From: Sulfurospirillaceae bacterium
Lineage (GTDB): Bacteria; Campylobacterota; Campylobacteria; Campylobacterales; Sulfurospirillaceae
Direction: 5' to 3'
NCBI GenBank assembly: GCA_033723415.1
Contig: JAWVXD010000003.1
Span: 306,178-370,177 of the forward strand
DNA length: 64,000 nucleotides
The notes under the pieces are model-generated. The model ran no database searches, had not been told where the DNA came from, and saw only the letters and a list, made by a program, of their open reading frames with translations. Position 1 is the first letter of the stretch. Each line of letters begins with the position of its first letter. A program made the translations under genes and the position numbers. Shown here one piece after another: positions 32,710 to 42,641 of the stretch.

Positions 32710-33134
32710 TTGTCTAACATATCCCATTTGGCAAGAAGAACTTCTATCTTTCTTGCCAAATGATTGTAAAACATCATAGAAGGAATTGCTACTGTGAGTC
32801 CCATAGCAGTTGCTTTTAAAGCCAGAGCCAAAGAGGTCATGATGGTTCTTATATCCATATTCCCATTTTGTCCCATGGCATAAAATGTGATTATGATGCC
32901 AAATACTGTACCTAATAAACCGACATATGGAGCATTTGATCCAAATGTCGATAAAAGTGTTATATTATTTGTCAGATCAATCTCTAGGCGTTCTTTTTGA
33001 TCATATTTATCTAACTTGATCTGTCTAAAGAACAATAATCTCTCCAGATAAAACCAAACAGATAAAAAACTCATAAAGCCCAATATACCTAAGATTCCAT
33101 AATCAACAATATTTTTTAAAAGCTCAATATTCAT
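32706..33134 (-). CDS. exbB: TonB system energizer ExbB
   Basis: SNAPYVGLLGTVFGI, ALKATAMGLTVAIP. Confidence 0.94.
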   Translation of the reverse strand: MNIELLKNIVDYGILGILGFMSFLSVWFYLERLLFFRQIKLDKYDQKERLEIDLTNNITLLSTFGSNAPYVGLLGTVFGIIITFYAMGQNGNMDIRTIMTSLALALKATAMGLTVAIPSMMFYNHLARKIEVLLAKWDMLDK

Positions 33135-33142
33135 GATATTGA

Positions 33143-35140
33143 TCAGAACTTATATTTTAAATTGAAATATACATATCTTCCAGGTTCATTTAGAAGCATT
33201 ACATTTCCGGTACTGCCATCTGAAAGTAAACTTAGATCTGCATATGTATTTGATACTGCATAAGTTTTATCAAAGAGATTGTCTATACCGACAGTCGCTT
33301 CAATATTTTTATGAAATGTTTTCTGAGCCCGTATGTTGATAATCCCATATCCCGGTATCTTTTGTTCACCGTTGTCTGCATCATACTCACTCCAGCTTTT
33401 AGCTGCGATCAATTCTACTCTGGCTTTTGTTGTACTGTTGTAGTTATAGTTTAGTGCTATATTTGTTTTGAGCGGTGGAATATCAGCTAGATCTTTGCTT
33501 GTTTGTCCTGCAAGAGGTTGATCTTTCCTTCCTCTTTGATATGCCAGACCATAGTCTATATATAAGTTATCGCTAAGATCGTATGAACCACTGATTTCTA
33601 AGCCATAGATCTTAGCATCAATATTTTCAAAGGCATGTGGTGTTTGACCTTTGTGGAAATAGATGTAATTATTTAATATACTATAAAATGCTTTTGATTT
33701 TATGTATCCGCTGTCAAAATCTTTTTGTGCACCTATATCAAATTCGGTATTGTGTGTCTGTTTTAGAGTTGGAGTACCGATAAGTCCACCTTTCCAAAAG
33801 TATAATTCTCTTGCATCGGGAACTCTGGATGAATTGCCAAGTCCTGCAAAAAGTTTTAAATCAGTATTTATCTTATAGGTCGCCAGTACATTTGCACTTA
33901 GAGCATTAAAATATCTGTCTTCATATGATGCATTCGCCGTGCTGATTTTTGTATGATCGTATCTTGCACCAAATTGTAGATTTAGTTTTTTTGTTAAATT
34001 TCTGTTGTATTTTGCAAATAGAGCAGAGTTTATAGTATCTACATCGTCTATAGATTTTTTTCCAGTCATTCCTGCAGTTGTTCCATTGCCTATATAGTAT
34101 CCATTCCAATTTCTTTTACTTGCATCCAGACCAAGAGTAAATAATCCACCGTTTAAGTCCATGTCGTTTATGATCTTTGCACCAGTCATTTCTGTTGTAA
34201 GCAAGCTTGTTAATTCGTTTACAAAATTTACACCTGAGTTTACTCTGTATTTTGTACTCATTGGATGTTTTACTTTTGAATTGTATGCTTGAAGTTGTAA
34301 TCTCTTAGATAGTTTACCAAGCCCAAGAATCGTGTATTTGAAGTTGAAGATATCGCTATTGTCATAGAGTGCATCCATACCGGTATTTGGATAGAGTATA
34401 TTGTCGCTTCTGTTTCTTGTATAGCTTAGTTCTAAATCTTGGTTCTCGGAAACTTTTATAAAAGTTTTAGCCATCATACTTGTTTTCACAAAAGCTTTCA
34501 TATCTTTGTATTCAGGTTTGAGTTGATTCATAGCAGGAGCTTTATCCTCAAGCTGCTGTGCAAAAGTTTTGCCATCACCGTCTTTATATTGATCACTGCT
34601 CTCTTTTGAACCTGTTATGATAAATCTTATCTTGTCGTTTCCTCCACTTAACGTAGTACCTATTTTTTTGTAGTTAAAACTTCCAAGATTTGTATATACA
34701 TTGCCATGAAATCCCTCTTGCGGTTTTTTAGTCTCAACTTTGACACTGCCGCTTAATACGCCAAAATCTTCTACATTGTATGGTCCTTCACTTACAACTA
34801 CATTGTCGATATTAGAGACAACGATATGAGAGGTTGGAGGATCCATCCTATTTGGACATGCACCATATACTTTTGCATCATCAACAGTTACTACAATATT
34901 GTCTCTCTTCTGTCCGCGAAGGATTATATCATTTGCAATTCCGCTTCTTCTGACAATTTCTATGCTTGGAGTTTGTTTATAAAGCGCATCTGCCAGATCA
35001 GCGCTCTTTATCTCTTCTTTACTGATGTCTTCAATAACCTTGCTCTTGGCAAGTCCTGATACTTCTATTGTGCCCAGATCTGTAGCATACGCATTTAAAC
35101 ATAATGCACATATCACAGACAAACATATTTTTTTGTTCAT
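33143..35140 (-). CDS. TonB-dependent receptor, OprC/NosA copper-receptor type
   Basis: Signal peptide, plug GACPNRMDPP (CxxxM), KHPM (HxM), C-terminal EPGRYVYFNLKYKF; ATG 35140 behind RBS aagga. Confidence 0.8.
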   Translation of the reverse strand: MNKKICLSVICALCLNAYATDLGTIEVSGLAKSKVIEDISKEEIKSADLADALYKQTPSIEIVRRSGIANDIILRGQKRDNIVVTVDDAKVYGACPNRMDPPTSHIVVSNIDNVVVSEGPYNVEDFGVLSGSVKVETKKPQEGFHGNVYTNLGSFNYKKIGTTLSGGNDKIRFIITGSKESSDQYKDGDGKTFAQQLEDKAPAMNQLKPEYKDMKAFVKTSMMAKTFIKVSENQDLELSYTRNRSDNILYPNTGMDALYDNSDIFNFKYTILGLGKLSKRLQLQAYNSKVKHPMSTKYRVNSGVNFVNELTSLLTTEMTGAKIINDMDLNGGLFTLGLDASKRNWNGYYIGNGTTAGMTGKKSIDDVDTINSALFAKYNRNLTKKLNLQFGARYDHTKISTANASYEDRYFNALSANVLATYKINTDLKLFAGLGNSSRVPDARELYFWKGGLIGTPTLKQTHNTEFDIGAQKDFDSGYIKSKAFYSILNNYIYFHKGQTPHAFENIDAKIYGLEISGSYDLSDNLYIDYGLAYQRGRKDQPLAGQTSKDLADIPPLKTNIALNYNYNSTTKARVELIAAKSWSEYDADNGEQKIPGYGIINIRAQKTFHKNIEATVGIDNLFDKTYAVSNTYADLSLLSDGSTGNVMLLNEPGRYVYFNLKYKF

Positions 35141-35215
35141 ACCCATTCCTTTTATAAGTTTCGATAATATGGAATATTACAAAAAGAGTGTTAAATATGT
35201 ATAAAATGATTTTTT

Positions 35216-35255
35216 GTTTTGGAGCTTGTCTTATGTATAAAGAAAGCTCCAAAAC
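35216..35255. terminator. Intergenic stem-loop (12-bp perfect inverted repeat)
   Basis: gttttggagctt (35216-35227) / aagctccaaaac (35244-35255) just after the stop of the 4Fe-4S gene; no clear U-tract on the minus strand. Confidence 0.55.
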
Positions 35256-35258
35256 CTT

Positions 35259-36695
35259 TTATATCTTAGCTTTTTGCTTTTTTGAAAGATTATGATGCAT
35301 ATGTTGCATTGGTTTTGCTCCATATGTTTTAAATGCATATACTTTATATATATTTAGTCCAAGATAAAATATTATTAACCCTGAGGCTACTACAAAAGCT
35401 ATGGTCTTTGCAATTTTGCTTGCCTTAAAAAGATTGACTCTTCCGGCTAAAATTATAAAAGACCAAATTACTGCAACATAATTCATAATCGAAAATATTT
35501 TTAGCCATCCATCACGCATAGTAGCTAAAGGTTTTACAGGCTGAATATCTAAGTTAAAGCCTTGGGCGAAACCATTGATAATGTTGCTATAGTGATGTAT
35601 GAAGAAAAATTCACCTATGTGTGAAAGCCCTCCAATTATAAAAATAGGTATAAAAGAATATGATAAAGAGTAAAAAACTTTTTTAAACTCTGTTTTTAAT
35701 GCTATTGAGGCGATATACATACCTGCAAATACAATTATCAACGTTGATAAAGTTGCATACATCATAGCGCTTATACCGATGTAATCAATATTTGGAATAC
35801 CGATCAGTTGTTCTAATGCTTTCCCTGTTTTAACCCAAATAAATTGATCACTTATAGAGACTCTGCCTAAGGCATGATGCAGACTCATTGTCATGGTGAT
35901 TGCGATAGTTATAAAAATAATGGCCCATATTTCACCTTTATGTACTTTAAAGTTATGAAAAAGGGAAAAAGATGGTTTTTTAACCTTAAAACTTATGGAC
36001 TCACAAGCATTTGCACAATCCATACATAAAGTACAATCATCCATAGATACTTTTTTGTCAAATGTAAATGGTTTCAAATTGTATGAACAAGCACTGTTAC
36101 ATTCAAATGTAGTACACTTTTGGCAGGTTTCTTTATATGTGCCAAGCCAAGTAAATGATACCTTAGAAAAAGCTCTAGTCGTTGATCCTATAGGACAAAT
36201 AGATTTGCAATATGCCATATCATCATAAATAAAGAAAAAACTAAAAGCGGCAATACTCATGACCAAAAAAAGAGTAGAAGATGCAAGTGGAGACCTATAA
36301 GTATTAGGATACGCATAGTACACAACCCAAAATCCAACGATAAGAAGAGTAACACCTATCAAAGGATTTTGTAAAAATTTTGGCATTTTTTTTCTCAAAC
36401 CATATTTGTTAATTAATCTGCCTAAAAAGCCATGCGGACAAATACCACAAAATATCCTGCCAAAAGAAGAAAGAGAAATAACCATAAAAAATGGCCAGAA
36501 AAGTGACCAAAATACAGCAGTAGTAAATATATTATCTTCTTTTGAAGGATGAATAAAACCGTAAATCAACGCATAAATAAAAAGAAAACTCACGACTAAT
36601 TTTAAAATATTTAAAAACAAATGATTTTTAAATATAAATCTAAATACAGGTATTCTAAAAAGGTCATTGATATCTCTTTTTTGGTGCTTTACCAT
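35259..36695 (-). CDS. Membrane polyferredoxin, 4Fe-4S binding protein (NapH/CcoG/YccM-like)
   Basis: Two CxxxCP motifs (FCGICPHG, YCKSICPIG), CQKCTTFECNSAC and CTLCMDCANAC, multiple TMs, C-terminal PMQHMHHN. Confidence 0.85.
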   Translation of the reverse strand: MVKHQKRDINDLFRIPVFRFIFKNHLFLNILKLVVSFLFIYALIYGFIHPSKEDNIFTTAVFWSLFWPFFMVISLSSFGRIFCGICPHGFLGRLINKYGLRKKMPKFLQNPLIGVTLLIVGFWVVYYAYPNTYRSPLASSTLFLVMSIAAFSFFFIYDDMAYCKSICPIGSTTRAFSKVSFTWLGTYKETCQKCTTFECNSACSYNLKPFTFDKKVSMDDCTLCMDCANACESISFKVKKPSFSLFHNFKVHKGEIWAIIFITIAITMTMSLHHALGRVSISDQFIWVKTGKALEQLIGIPNIDYIGISAMMYATLSTLIIVFAGMYIASIALKTEFKKVFYSLSYSFIPIFIIGGLSHIGEFFFIHHYSNIINGFAQGFNLDIQPVKPLATMRDGWLKIFSIMNYVAVIWSFIILAGRVNLFKASKIAKTIAFVVASGLIIFYLGLNIYKVYAFKTYGAKPMQHMHHNLSKKQKAKI

Positions 36696-36706
36696 ATCTA
36701 AATCCT

Positions 36707-38809
36707 TTAAAATTTATAATTATATGTAACCATAAAACTTCTTGGTGCAGCAGCTTTATATGTTTCATTTCCATATACGTCTTTTGTCGCTTCCATTGCG
36801 TAATGTTTGTCAAATATATTTTGTACGTTTAACTGAATAGACTGAGTTTTTTTCCAGACATATCCGATCATCAAATCTGTAACGAAGTTATATCCTTCAT
36901 ATTTTTGAGTGTTTGCGTTGTCCATATAGTAGCTGCCCCAACTTTTTGTTTGAATCCTAGCTTTGAATCCATTGTTCATTCTATATGTTACGTTTAAAGA
37001 ATATAAGTTTTTTGGTATATATGGAAGGTAATTTCCATTTCTGCTTACAAAAGTTGAGCCGACTTTTTCCTCGAAATTTACATATCTAAAGTCACTATAT
37101 GCATATGAAAAACCAAAACTTAATTCATGATTGGCTTGATAGTTTCCGTTTAATTCTATTCCTCTTTTTCTTGTTTTTCCGGCATTATCGTATACTGAAT
37201 TTCCATTGGCATCTTTGATTTGTATAATCTCATCTGAGACATCATTTTGATAAATGGCAAGGTCATAAGAAAAATTTTCTTTTCTCGTTTTTATACCTAC
37301 TTCATAATTGACACTTTTCGATTTATTTAAATTATTATTGTCAATAAGTTCACTTGTGGCAGGTGCTTGATTTGCCATTGCAATAGAAGCATAGACATTT
37401 GTATAATCAGATATCGCATAGGTACTTCCTAGCTTTGAAGAGAATAGGGTGTATGCTTTGTCTATATTGTACAATCCAATTCCAGGAACATAGTTTTTAG
37501 TTGCATAATCATATGCGGTGATCTCATCTCCGTTAATGTTAAAAGAAATATTGTCTATCCTAGCACTTAAATCAACACTTAGCGGCTTTAGCGGTGAAAA
37601 TGTTTCCATAAAATATAATCCATAAAGCGATGATGTACTGTCTTCTGTGGAAGCCAAACTTCCCTCTACATTTGACAAAGTTTTACTTATATATGGAGCA
37701 AAAGGCCAACTTGTTGCAACTGCAGTTTCATAATCAGCATATTCATATTTTTTTGCACCTCTTGTTCTATCTTGTTTTGCAGTAACACCAAAAACTAAAG
37801 TGGCTTTATTCGAAAAAAGTCTATGATTGTAATCAGTTTCTAAATCTGTGCCATAAACGTTATTGTTATTACTATCATTTATTATTCCTGTTACAGGATG
37901 AAAATGCCCCCAGTGATTGAAATAAAATCTTGGTTTAAATGTCCAATCTTTGATTTGTTTTTCATATTTTGCATTTGCTGACAAGATCTTTGAGTTTCTT
38001 TCACTATTTTGCCATTGGTATGATGTGTCGTGTTCTTCTCCTGTTTCTTTGAATATTTGAAATTCAGATGCAGTCATAGAAGGGGGGATCTGCATATTTG
38101 ATTCTGTATATGAAAGTTCTGTTTCAAGAGATGAATCGTCTTTAAAATAATGCCCGTATTTCAATGTTCCTTGAGTCGTATCAAAATTATTATTATCTCT
38201 CCAGCTATTATCTATTTTTCTGTGAGAAAAGTAAAATGATGTAAAATCATTTTCTCCAAGAGCCTTTCTCAAGCTAATATGTACATTCCTTTGTCCATCA
38301 TCACCAATACCTAATTTGATGCTATTTTTGCCTTTTGCAAAAACTGATTTTGTGATAAGCTGTATAACTCCGCCGGTAGTGTTGACTGCATTTATAGAAC
38401 CTGGTCCTTTTTGTACTTCTATACTATCTATATCTTGCATATCTATAAAATCAAATCTTGTGAAAGAATCAGGATCAGTCATCGGAATACCGTCTTTCAT
38501 GACCATTATCTCTCTCACTCCGTATCTTGCTTTAAGTCCTGCACCTCTTATGATCAATCTTGGACTTGGCGAGTTGGTTGAACTTTCTGCATTTACTCCC
38601 GGTATATTTTCTAAAGCTTCAGATATATTGAGTATATTTTTATCCTCAATAGTCTTTTTATCTACAACAGCAATGGATTGAGAAACTTCTTTTGTGCCTC
38701 TTTTTATCTTAGTAGCCGTAACGCTTATAGTGTCCAGATTGATCGCATCTGAAAAAAGCATGGCCGGAGCCAATGCTGATGCAATTAACAAATACTTAAT
38801 TTTTACCAT
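36707..38809 (-). CDS. TonB-dependent receptor (substrate unknown)
   Basis: Signal peptide, TonB box DTISVTATK, plug ENIPGV...IIRG...IEVQKGPGS, C-terminal PRSFMVTYNYKF. Confidence 0.92.
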   Translation of the reverse strand: MVKIKYLLIASALAPAMLFSDAINLDTISVTATKIKRGTKEVSQSIAVVDKKTIEDKNILNISEALENIPGVNAESSTNSPSPRLIIRGAGLKARYGVREIMVMKDGIPMTDPDSFTRFDFIDMQDIDSIEVQKGPGSINAVNTTGGVIQLITKSVFAKGKNSIKLGIGDDGQRNVHISLRKALGENDFTSFYFSHRKIDNSWRDNNNFDTTQGTLKYGHYFKDDSSLETELSYTESNMQIPPSMTASEFQIFKETGEEHDTSYQWQNSERNSKILSANAKYEKQIKDWTFKPRFYFNHWGHFHPVTGIINDSNNNNVYGTDLETDYNHRLFSNKATLVFGVTAKQDRTRGAKKYEYADYETAVATSWPFAPYISKTLSNVEGSLASTEDSTSSLYGLYFMETFSPLKPLSVDLSARIDNISFNINGDEITAYDYATKNYVPGIGLYNIDKAYTLFSSKLGSTYAISDYTNVYASIAMANQAPATSELIDNNNLNKSKSVNYEVGIKTRKENFSYDLAIYQNDVSDEIIQIKDANGNSVYDNAGKTRKRGIELNGNYQANHELSFGFSYAYSDFRYVNFEEKVGSTFVSRNGNYLPYIPKNLYSLNVTYRMNNGFKARIQTKSWGSYYMDNANTQKYEGYNFVTDLMIGYVWKKTQSIQLNVQNIFDKHYAMEATKDVYGNETYKAAAPRSFMVTYNYKF

Positions 38810-39012
38810 GAAACATCCTTCTTATAAATTTTGTCTTTTTCTCAAAAATTCCAAAAGATTAGCCCACACTAAATTTGGATTTTTGTACACACAGTCTTTG
38901 AAAACACAAAAGTTTATTTAAAGATTGTTAAATATATATTAAATAAATTAAAGATTATTATATGAATTATTTATATGAAAAAAATTTTAATTTTTTGTTG
39001 TCTTGTAGATTT

Positions 39013-39053
39013 AAAAAGGATAACACTGTCACAAAAAAGCCACAATGCTATCC
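39013..39053 (-). terminator. Rho-independent terminator after the globin gene
   Basis: Minus strand GGATAGCATTGT...ACAGTGTTATCC followed by TTTTT, 7 nt after the stop. Confidence 0.75.
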
Positions 39054-39060
39054 CATTTGA

Positions 39061-39489
39061 TTAGTGTGAGTTTATCATCCAGATAGAAAAAATATCCAAA
39101 TAGTTCCATAATGACTGCTTTAGATCATCTCTTAAGTCAAGATTTTGAAAAACTATCATATATGATTCTAACCAAACTCTTCTCGCTTCAGGAGTGATCT
39201 TAAACGGAGCATGTCGTGATGCCATTCTTGGTGCACCTCTTGATTGATCAAAATATCTTGGTCCTCCACAAATCTGTATAAAGAAATCAGCCGAGTGCTT
39301 TTTTGCCATCTCTATTCCCTCATCGGTAGGAGGAAAAAGATCTTTTATGCTACTGACTCTCAAAATATCATAATGATCTGAAATCATTTTTCGCATACCT
39401 TCTTCACCAAGATGTTCTAAAACAAGAGGGCTTGGAATCTGCACTTGAGGTCTCGTCCCAGGAAGTGCTTGAGTTATAGTGTATTGCAT
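39061..39489 (-). CDS. Truncated (2/2) hemoglobin, group II-like
   Basis: ADFFIQICGGPRYF, RGAPRMASRHAPFKIT (proximal His), RVWL. Confidence 0.85.
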   Translation of the reverse strand: MQYTITQALPGTRPQVQIPSPLVLEHLGEEGMRKMISDHYDILRVSSIKDLFPPTDEGIEMAKKHSADFFIQICGGPRYFDQSRGAPRMASRHAPFKITPEARRVWLESYMIVFQNLDLRDDLKQSLWNYLDIFSIWMINSH

Positions 39490-39507
39490 TGTTTGCCTTT
39501 GTTTATT

Positions 39508-40023
39508 TTAGAAAAGAGACTTGATGTCTTTTGCTATGGAAGCTTCAGGTTGCATCCCAAGATAAGTTTTTACTGCATTTCCTTCTTTGTCAAAGAGGAT
39601 TGAATAAGGAATTTGTCCACCCCATCCAGTCTTTTGAGTTATGAAATTTGCAAAATCAAACACTTTATTCGATGATGGGATCACAGTGTAATTCATGTTA
39701 TGTGATGTAACAAAATTTGTTAATTCTTGTTTTGTCATTTTTTGCTGTACATGCATAGCGACTATTTGAAAATTTTTAGAGTATTCTTTCTGAATTTTCA
39801 CTAGTTCCGGTATCTCTGCCAAACAAGGTGGGCAGTATCTTCCAAAAAAAGCCAGAAGAACAACTTTTCCCTTATAATTAGGAAAGTATACTCCGTTGTT
39901 CATGGTTTGAAGTTCTATACTCTTATTCTTTGAGTCTTTAAAATTGTATGTTTTTAAAATATCTTTAGCTTGTAAAGTGATACTTAAAAATGCAATCATT
40001 ATAAGAATTGTTATTTTTTTCAT
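39508..40023 (-). CDS. TlpA/ResA family thiol-disulfide oxidoreductase (exported)
   Basis: Signal peptide, KGKVVLLAFFGRYCPPCLAEIP, cis-Pro motif QIPYS. Confidence 0.88.
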   Translation of the reverse strand: MKKITILIMIAFLSITLQAKDILKTYNFKDSKNKSIELQTMNNGVYFPNYKGKVVLLAFFGRYCPPCLAEIPELVKIQKEYSKNFQIVAMHVQQKMTKQELTNFVTSHNMNYTVIPSSNKVFDFANFITQKTGWGGQIPYSILFDKEGNAVKTYLGMQPEASIAKDIKSLF

Positions 40024-40089
40024 GTTTTCCTCTTTATCAAAAATTATTTTATTATCATATGGTTATATAATTAATATTTTTTAAACACT

Positions 40090-41190
40090 CTATACATTGA
40101 ATCTAAAGTGCATAACATCGCCGTCTTTCACTATGTAGTCTTTACCTTCAAGTCTCATCTTGCCTGCTTCTTTTGCACCGTTCTCACCTTTATAAGTGAT
40201 AAAATCTTCATAACTTATAACTTCCGCACGAATGAAACCTTTTTCAAAGTCATTGTGAATTACTGATGCAGCTTTTGGGGCTTTCCAACCTTTTTCAATA
40301 GTCCAAGCTCTGACTTCTTTGACGCCTGCTGTGAAGTAGCTGATTAGATTTAATTTGTCAAAAGCAGTATGGATTATCTTGTTCAATCCTGATTCTTCAA
40401 CGCCAAGGTCTGATAGGAATTCTTGAGCTTCTTCCTCTTCTAAAGTCACCAATTCTTCCTCGATTTTTGCACAAAGCGTAATAACGTCAGCACCGACTTC
40501 TTTTGCATGATCTTTTACAATCTGTACTAGTGCATTATCTTCTAATAATGAATCTTCATCAACGTTAGCTCCATAGATAATGGCTTTGCCTGACAAAAAT
40601 CTTAACTCTTTATTTAAATCTATAAATAATTCATCATCTTTTTTTGCAAAATTACTCACAGGTCTTAATTCGTCTAGATGTGCTTTTAATTCAAATGCGA
40701 TGTCTAATATAGCTTTTGCAGATTTATCAAATTTTGCTTGACGATTTAGTTTGTCAATCTTTTTATCAAGCTGCTCTACATCTGCCAGAATTAACTCGGT
40801 TTCTATGATCTCTATATCTCTCAAAGGATTTACACTGCCTTCGACATGCACGACATTTTCATCTTCAAAACATCTAACCATATGAAGTATTACTTCCACT
40901 TCTCTTATATTAGATAAAAATTTATTACCTAGTCCTTCACCCTTACTCGCACCTTTTACAAGTCCGGCAATATCTACAAAGTCAACCGTAGAGTATTGTA
41001 GTCTCTCAGGATTTACTATTTTTGCCAGTTCTGCTAGTCTTGGATCAGGCACCGGAACTACTGCTTTGTTTGGCTCTATCGTACAAAAAGGATAATTTTC
41101 ACTTTGTGCATTTTGTGCTTTTGTTAAAGCATTGAAAGTTGTTGATTTACCTATATTTGGAAGTCCTACTATTCCTACACCTAATCCCAT
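40090..41190 (-). CDS. ychf: Redox-regulated ATPase YchF
   Basis: GIVGLPNIGKST, NYPFCTIEPN, DIAGLVKGAS, TGS domain; start at ATG 41190 overlapping the pepA stop. Confidence 0.97.
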   Translation of the reverse strand: MGLGVGIVGLPNIGKSTTFNALTKAQNAQSENYPFCTIEPNKAVVPVPDPRLAELAKIVNPERLQYSTVDFVDIAGLVKGASKGEGLGNKFLSNIREVEVILHMVRCFEDENVVHVEGSVNPLRDIEIIETELILADVEQLDKKIDKLNRQAKFDKSAKAILDIAFELKAHLDELRPVSNFAKKDDELFIDLNKELRFLSGKAIIYGANVDEDSLLEDNALVQIVKDHAKEVGADVITLCAKIEEELVTLEEEEAQEFLSDLGVEESGLNKIIHTAFDKLNLISYFTAGVKEVRAWTIEKGWKAPKAASVIHNDFEKGFIRAEVISYEDFITYKGENGAKEAGKMRLEGKDYIVKDGDVMHFRFNV

Positions 41191-42641
41191 TATACGTTTT
41201 CCTTTGCTTGTTCTATCATCCAGTATGTACACATCCTAACACCTGCTCCACTTGCTCCACATTGGTTATATCCCCAGTCTTTTTCTATATAAGCAGGTCC
41301 GGCAATGTCGAGATGAAGCCACTTATCTTTAAAATCATCTCTTATGAAATTATCTAAAAACAATCCTGCAGTGATCGCACCACCGTATCTTGAACTTGAT
41401 ATGTTAGACATATCGGCAACATTACTTTTTAAAAGTTTTTTTAGATAGTTATTAAAAGGCAGAGTCGCTGCGAGTTCTCCACTTTTTTCTGCTGCTGACA
41501 AAAAAGTCTCTTTTAGAGTATTACTGTGACCCATGACACCGCTTGTATACTCACCGAGTGCTACAACACAAGCACCGGTAAGAGTCGCAAGGTCAAACAT
41601 AGCATCTGGTTTTAGATCTTGTGCGTAATCCAAACAATCAGCCAAGACCAATCTTCCCTCGGCATCAGTATTTCTTACTTCTATGCTTTTCCCGTTTCTT
41701 GATATAAGTACATCATCAGGTTTATAGGCATTGCCTCCTATCATATTTTCTGCTGCACCTATGATTGAATGTACTTCAAAAGGCAGTTTTAAAAGTGCTG
41801 CAGCTCTGATTATATTTATAGCTGCGGCCGCACCACTTTTATCAGCTTTCATACTAACCATATGCTCACTTGGTTTTAAGCTTAACCCACCGCTGTCGTA
41901 AGTTAAACCTTTTCCTACAAAAACAAATCTTTTCTTTGCATTTTTTGGTTTGTAACTTAGATGTATGAGTCTCGGCTTTTCTGAACTTGCTCTGCTAACT
42001 GCTAAAAATGCTCCCATCTTTTCTTTTTTCAAAAACTTTTCATCCCCGATAAAGCACTCTATCGCATCTATCTCATCGGTCATCTTTTGTGCATATTCTG
42101 CTAATTTTACCGGAGTCATATCATAAGGTACGGTGTTTATGATATCTTTTGCATGATTTGTGGCTTTTGATATGATCTGAGCATTTGAGATATATTCTTT
42201 TGCTTTTTCAGTGTTTATCTCTTGATTGTTATACTCTTCAGTTGATATAAAAATATTTTTTATGTGATTTGTATCTTTTTTACTTTTATATTTGTCAAAA
42301 TAATAACTTCCAAGTAAAAATCCATCTACTATGGCCCCTGCATTTATTTCATTTTCATAAAATCCTATTTTTACATTTTTAACATTGATCTTCTTGATAG
42401 CTTTGTATGCACTTGCAACTGCTAGTCTAATATCATCACAATCTAGAGAGTCCGATACGGCATATACTCTTTTTTGAACAGGAAGATATATAGTTTCTTC
42501 ACTTCTGCCTTTAAAATCAGTGTCCTCTAGTATCTCTTTGTCTAAGACCCATTTATGATCTAGATTTTTATTTAAGACTAAAATGATCTCACAGTCTGCT
42601 TTTATATTTTTTAATTCATCTTTTACTAATTTAAAATTCAT
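41190..42641 (-). CDS. pepA: Leucyl aminopeptidase (M17)
   Basis: VGKGLTYDSGG, NTDAEGRL, DLATLTGAC, WLHLDIAG. Confidence 0.96.
   Translation of the reverse strand: MNFKLVKDELKNIKADCEIILVLNKNLDHKWVLDKEILEDTDFKGRSEETIYLPVQKRVYAVSDSLDCDDIRLAVASAYKAIKKINVKNVKIGFYENEINAGAIVDGFLLGSYYFDKYKSKKDTNHIKNIFISTEEYNNQEINTEKAKEYISNAQIISKATNHAKDIINTVPYDMTPVKLAEYAQKMTDEIDAIECFIGDEKFLKKEKMGAFLAVSRASSEKPRLIHLSYKPKNAKKRFVFVGKGLTYDSGGLSLKPSEHMVSMKADKSGAAAAINIIRAAALLKLPFEVHSIIGAAENMIGGNAYKPDDVLISRNGKSIEVRNTDAEGRLVLADCLDYAQDLKPDAMFDLATLTGACVVALGEYTSGVMGHSNTLKETFLSAAEKSGELAATLPFNNYLKKLLKSNVADMSNISSSRYGGAITAGLFLDNFIRDDFKDKWLHLDIAGPAYIEKDWGYNQCGASGAGVRMCTYWMIEQAKENV

Noticed and set aside
35031..35252. 73-aa ORF between the Fe-S gene and the OprC-like receptor
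   Set aside because: It overlaps the receptor start out of frame, starts within the stem-loop, and has no RBS or recognisable motif
38810..39010. Cobalamin or TPP riboswitch upstream of the TonB-dependent receptor
   Set aside because: No B12-box or TPP core consensus is visible
31641..40023. Genomic island or mobile element around the TonB cassette
   Set aside because: No integrase, transposase, flanking direct repeats or adjacent tRNA; the 26-bp convergent psd/tonB overlap alone is not evidence
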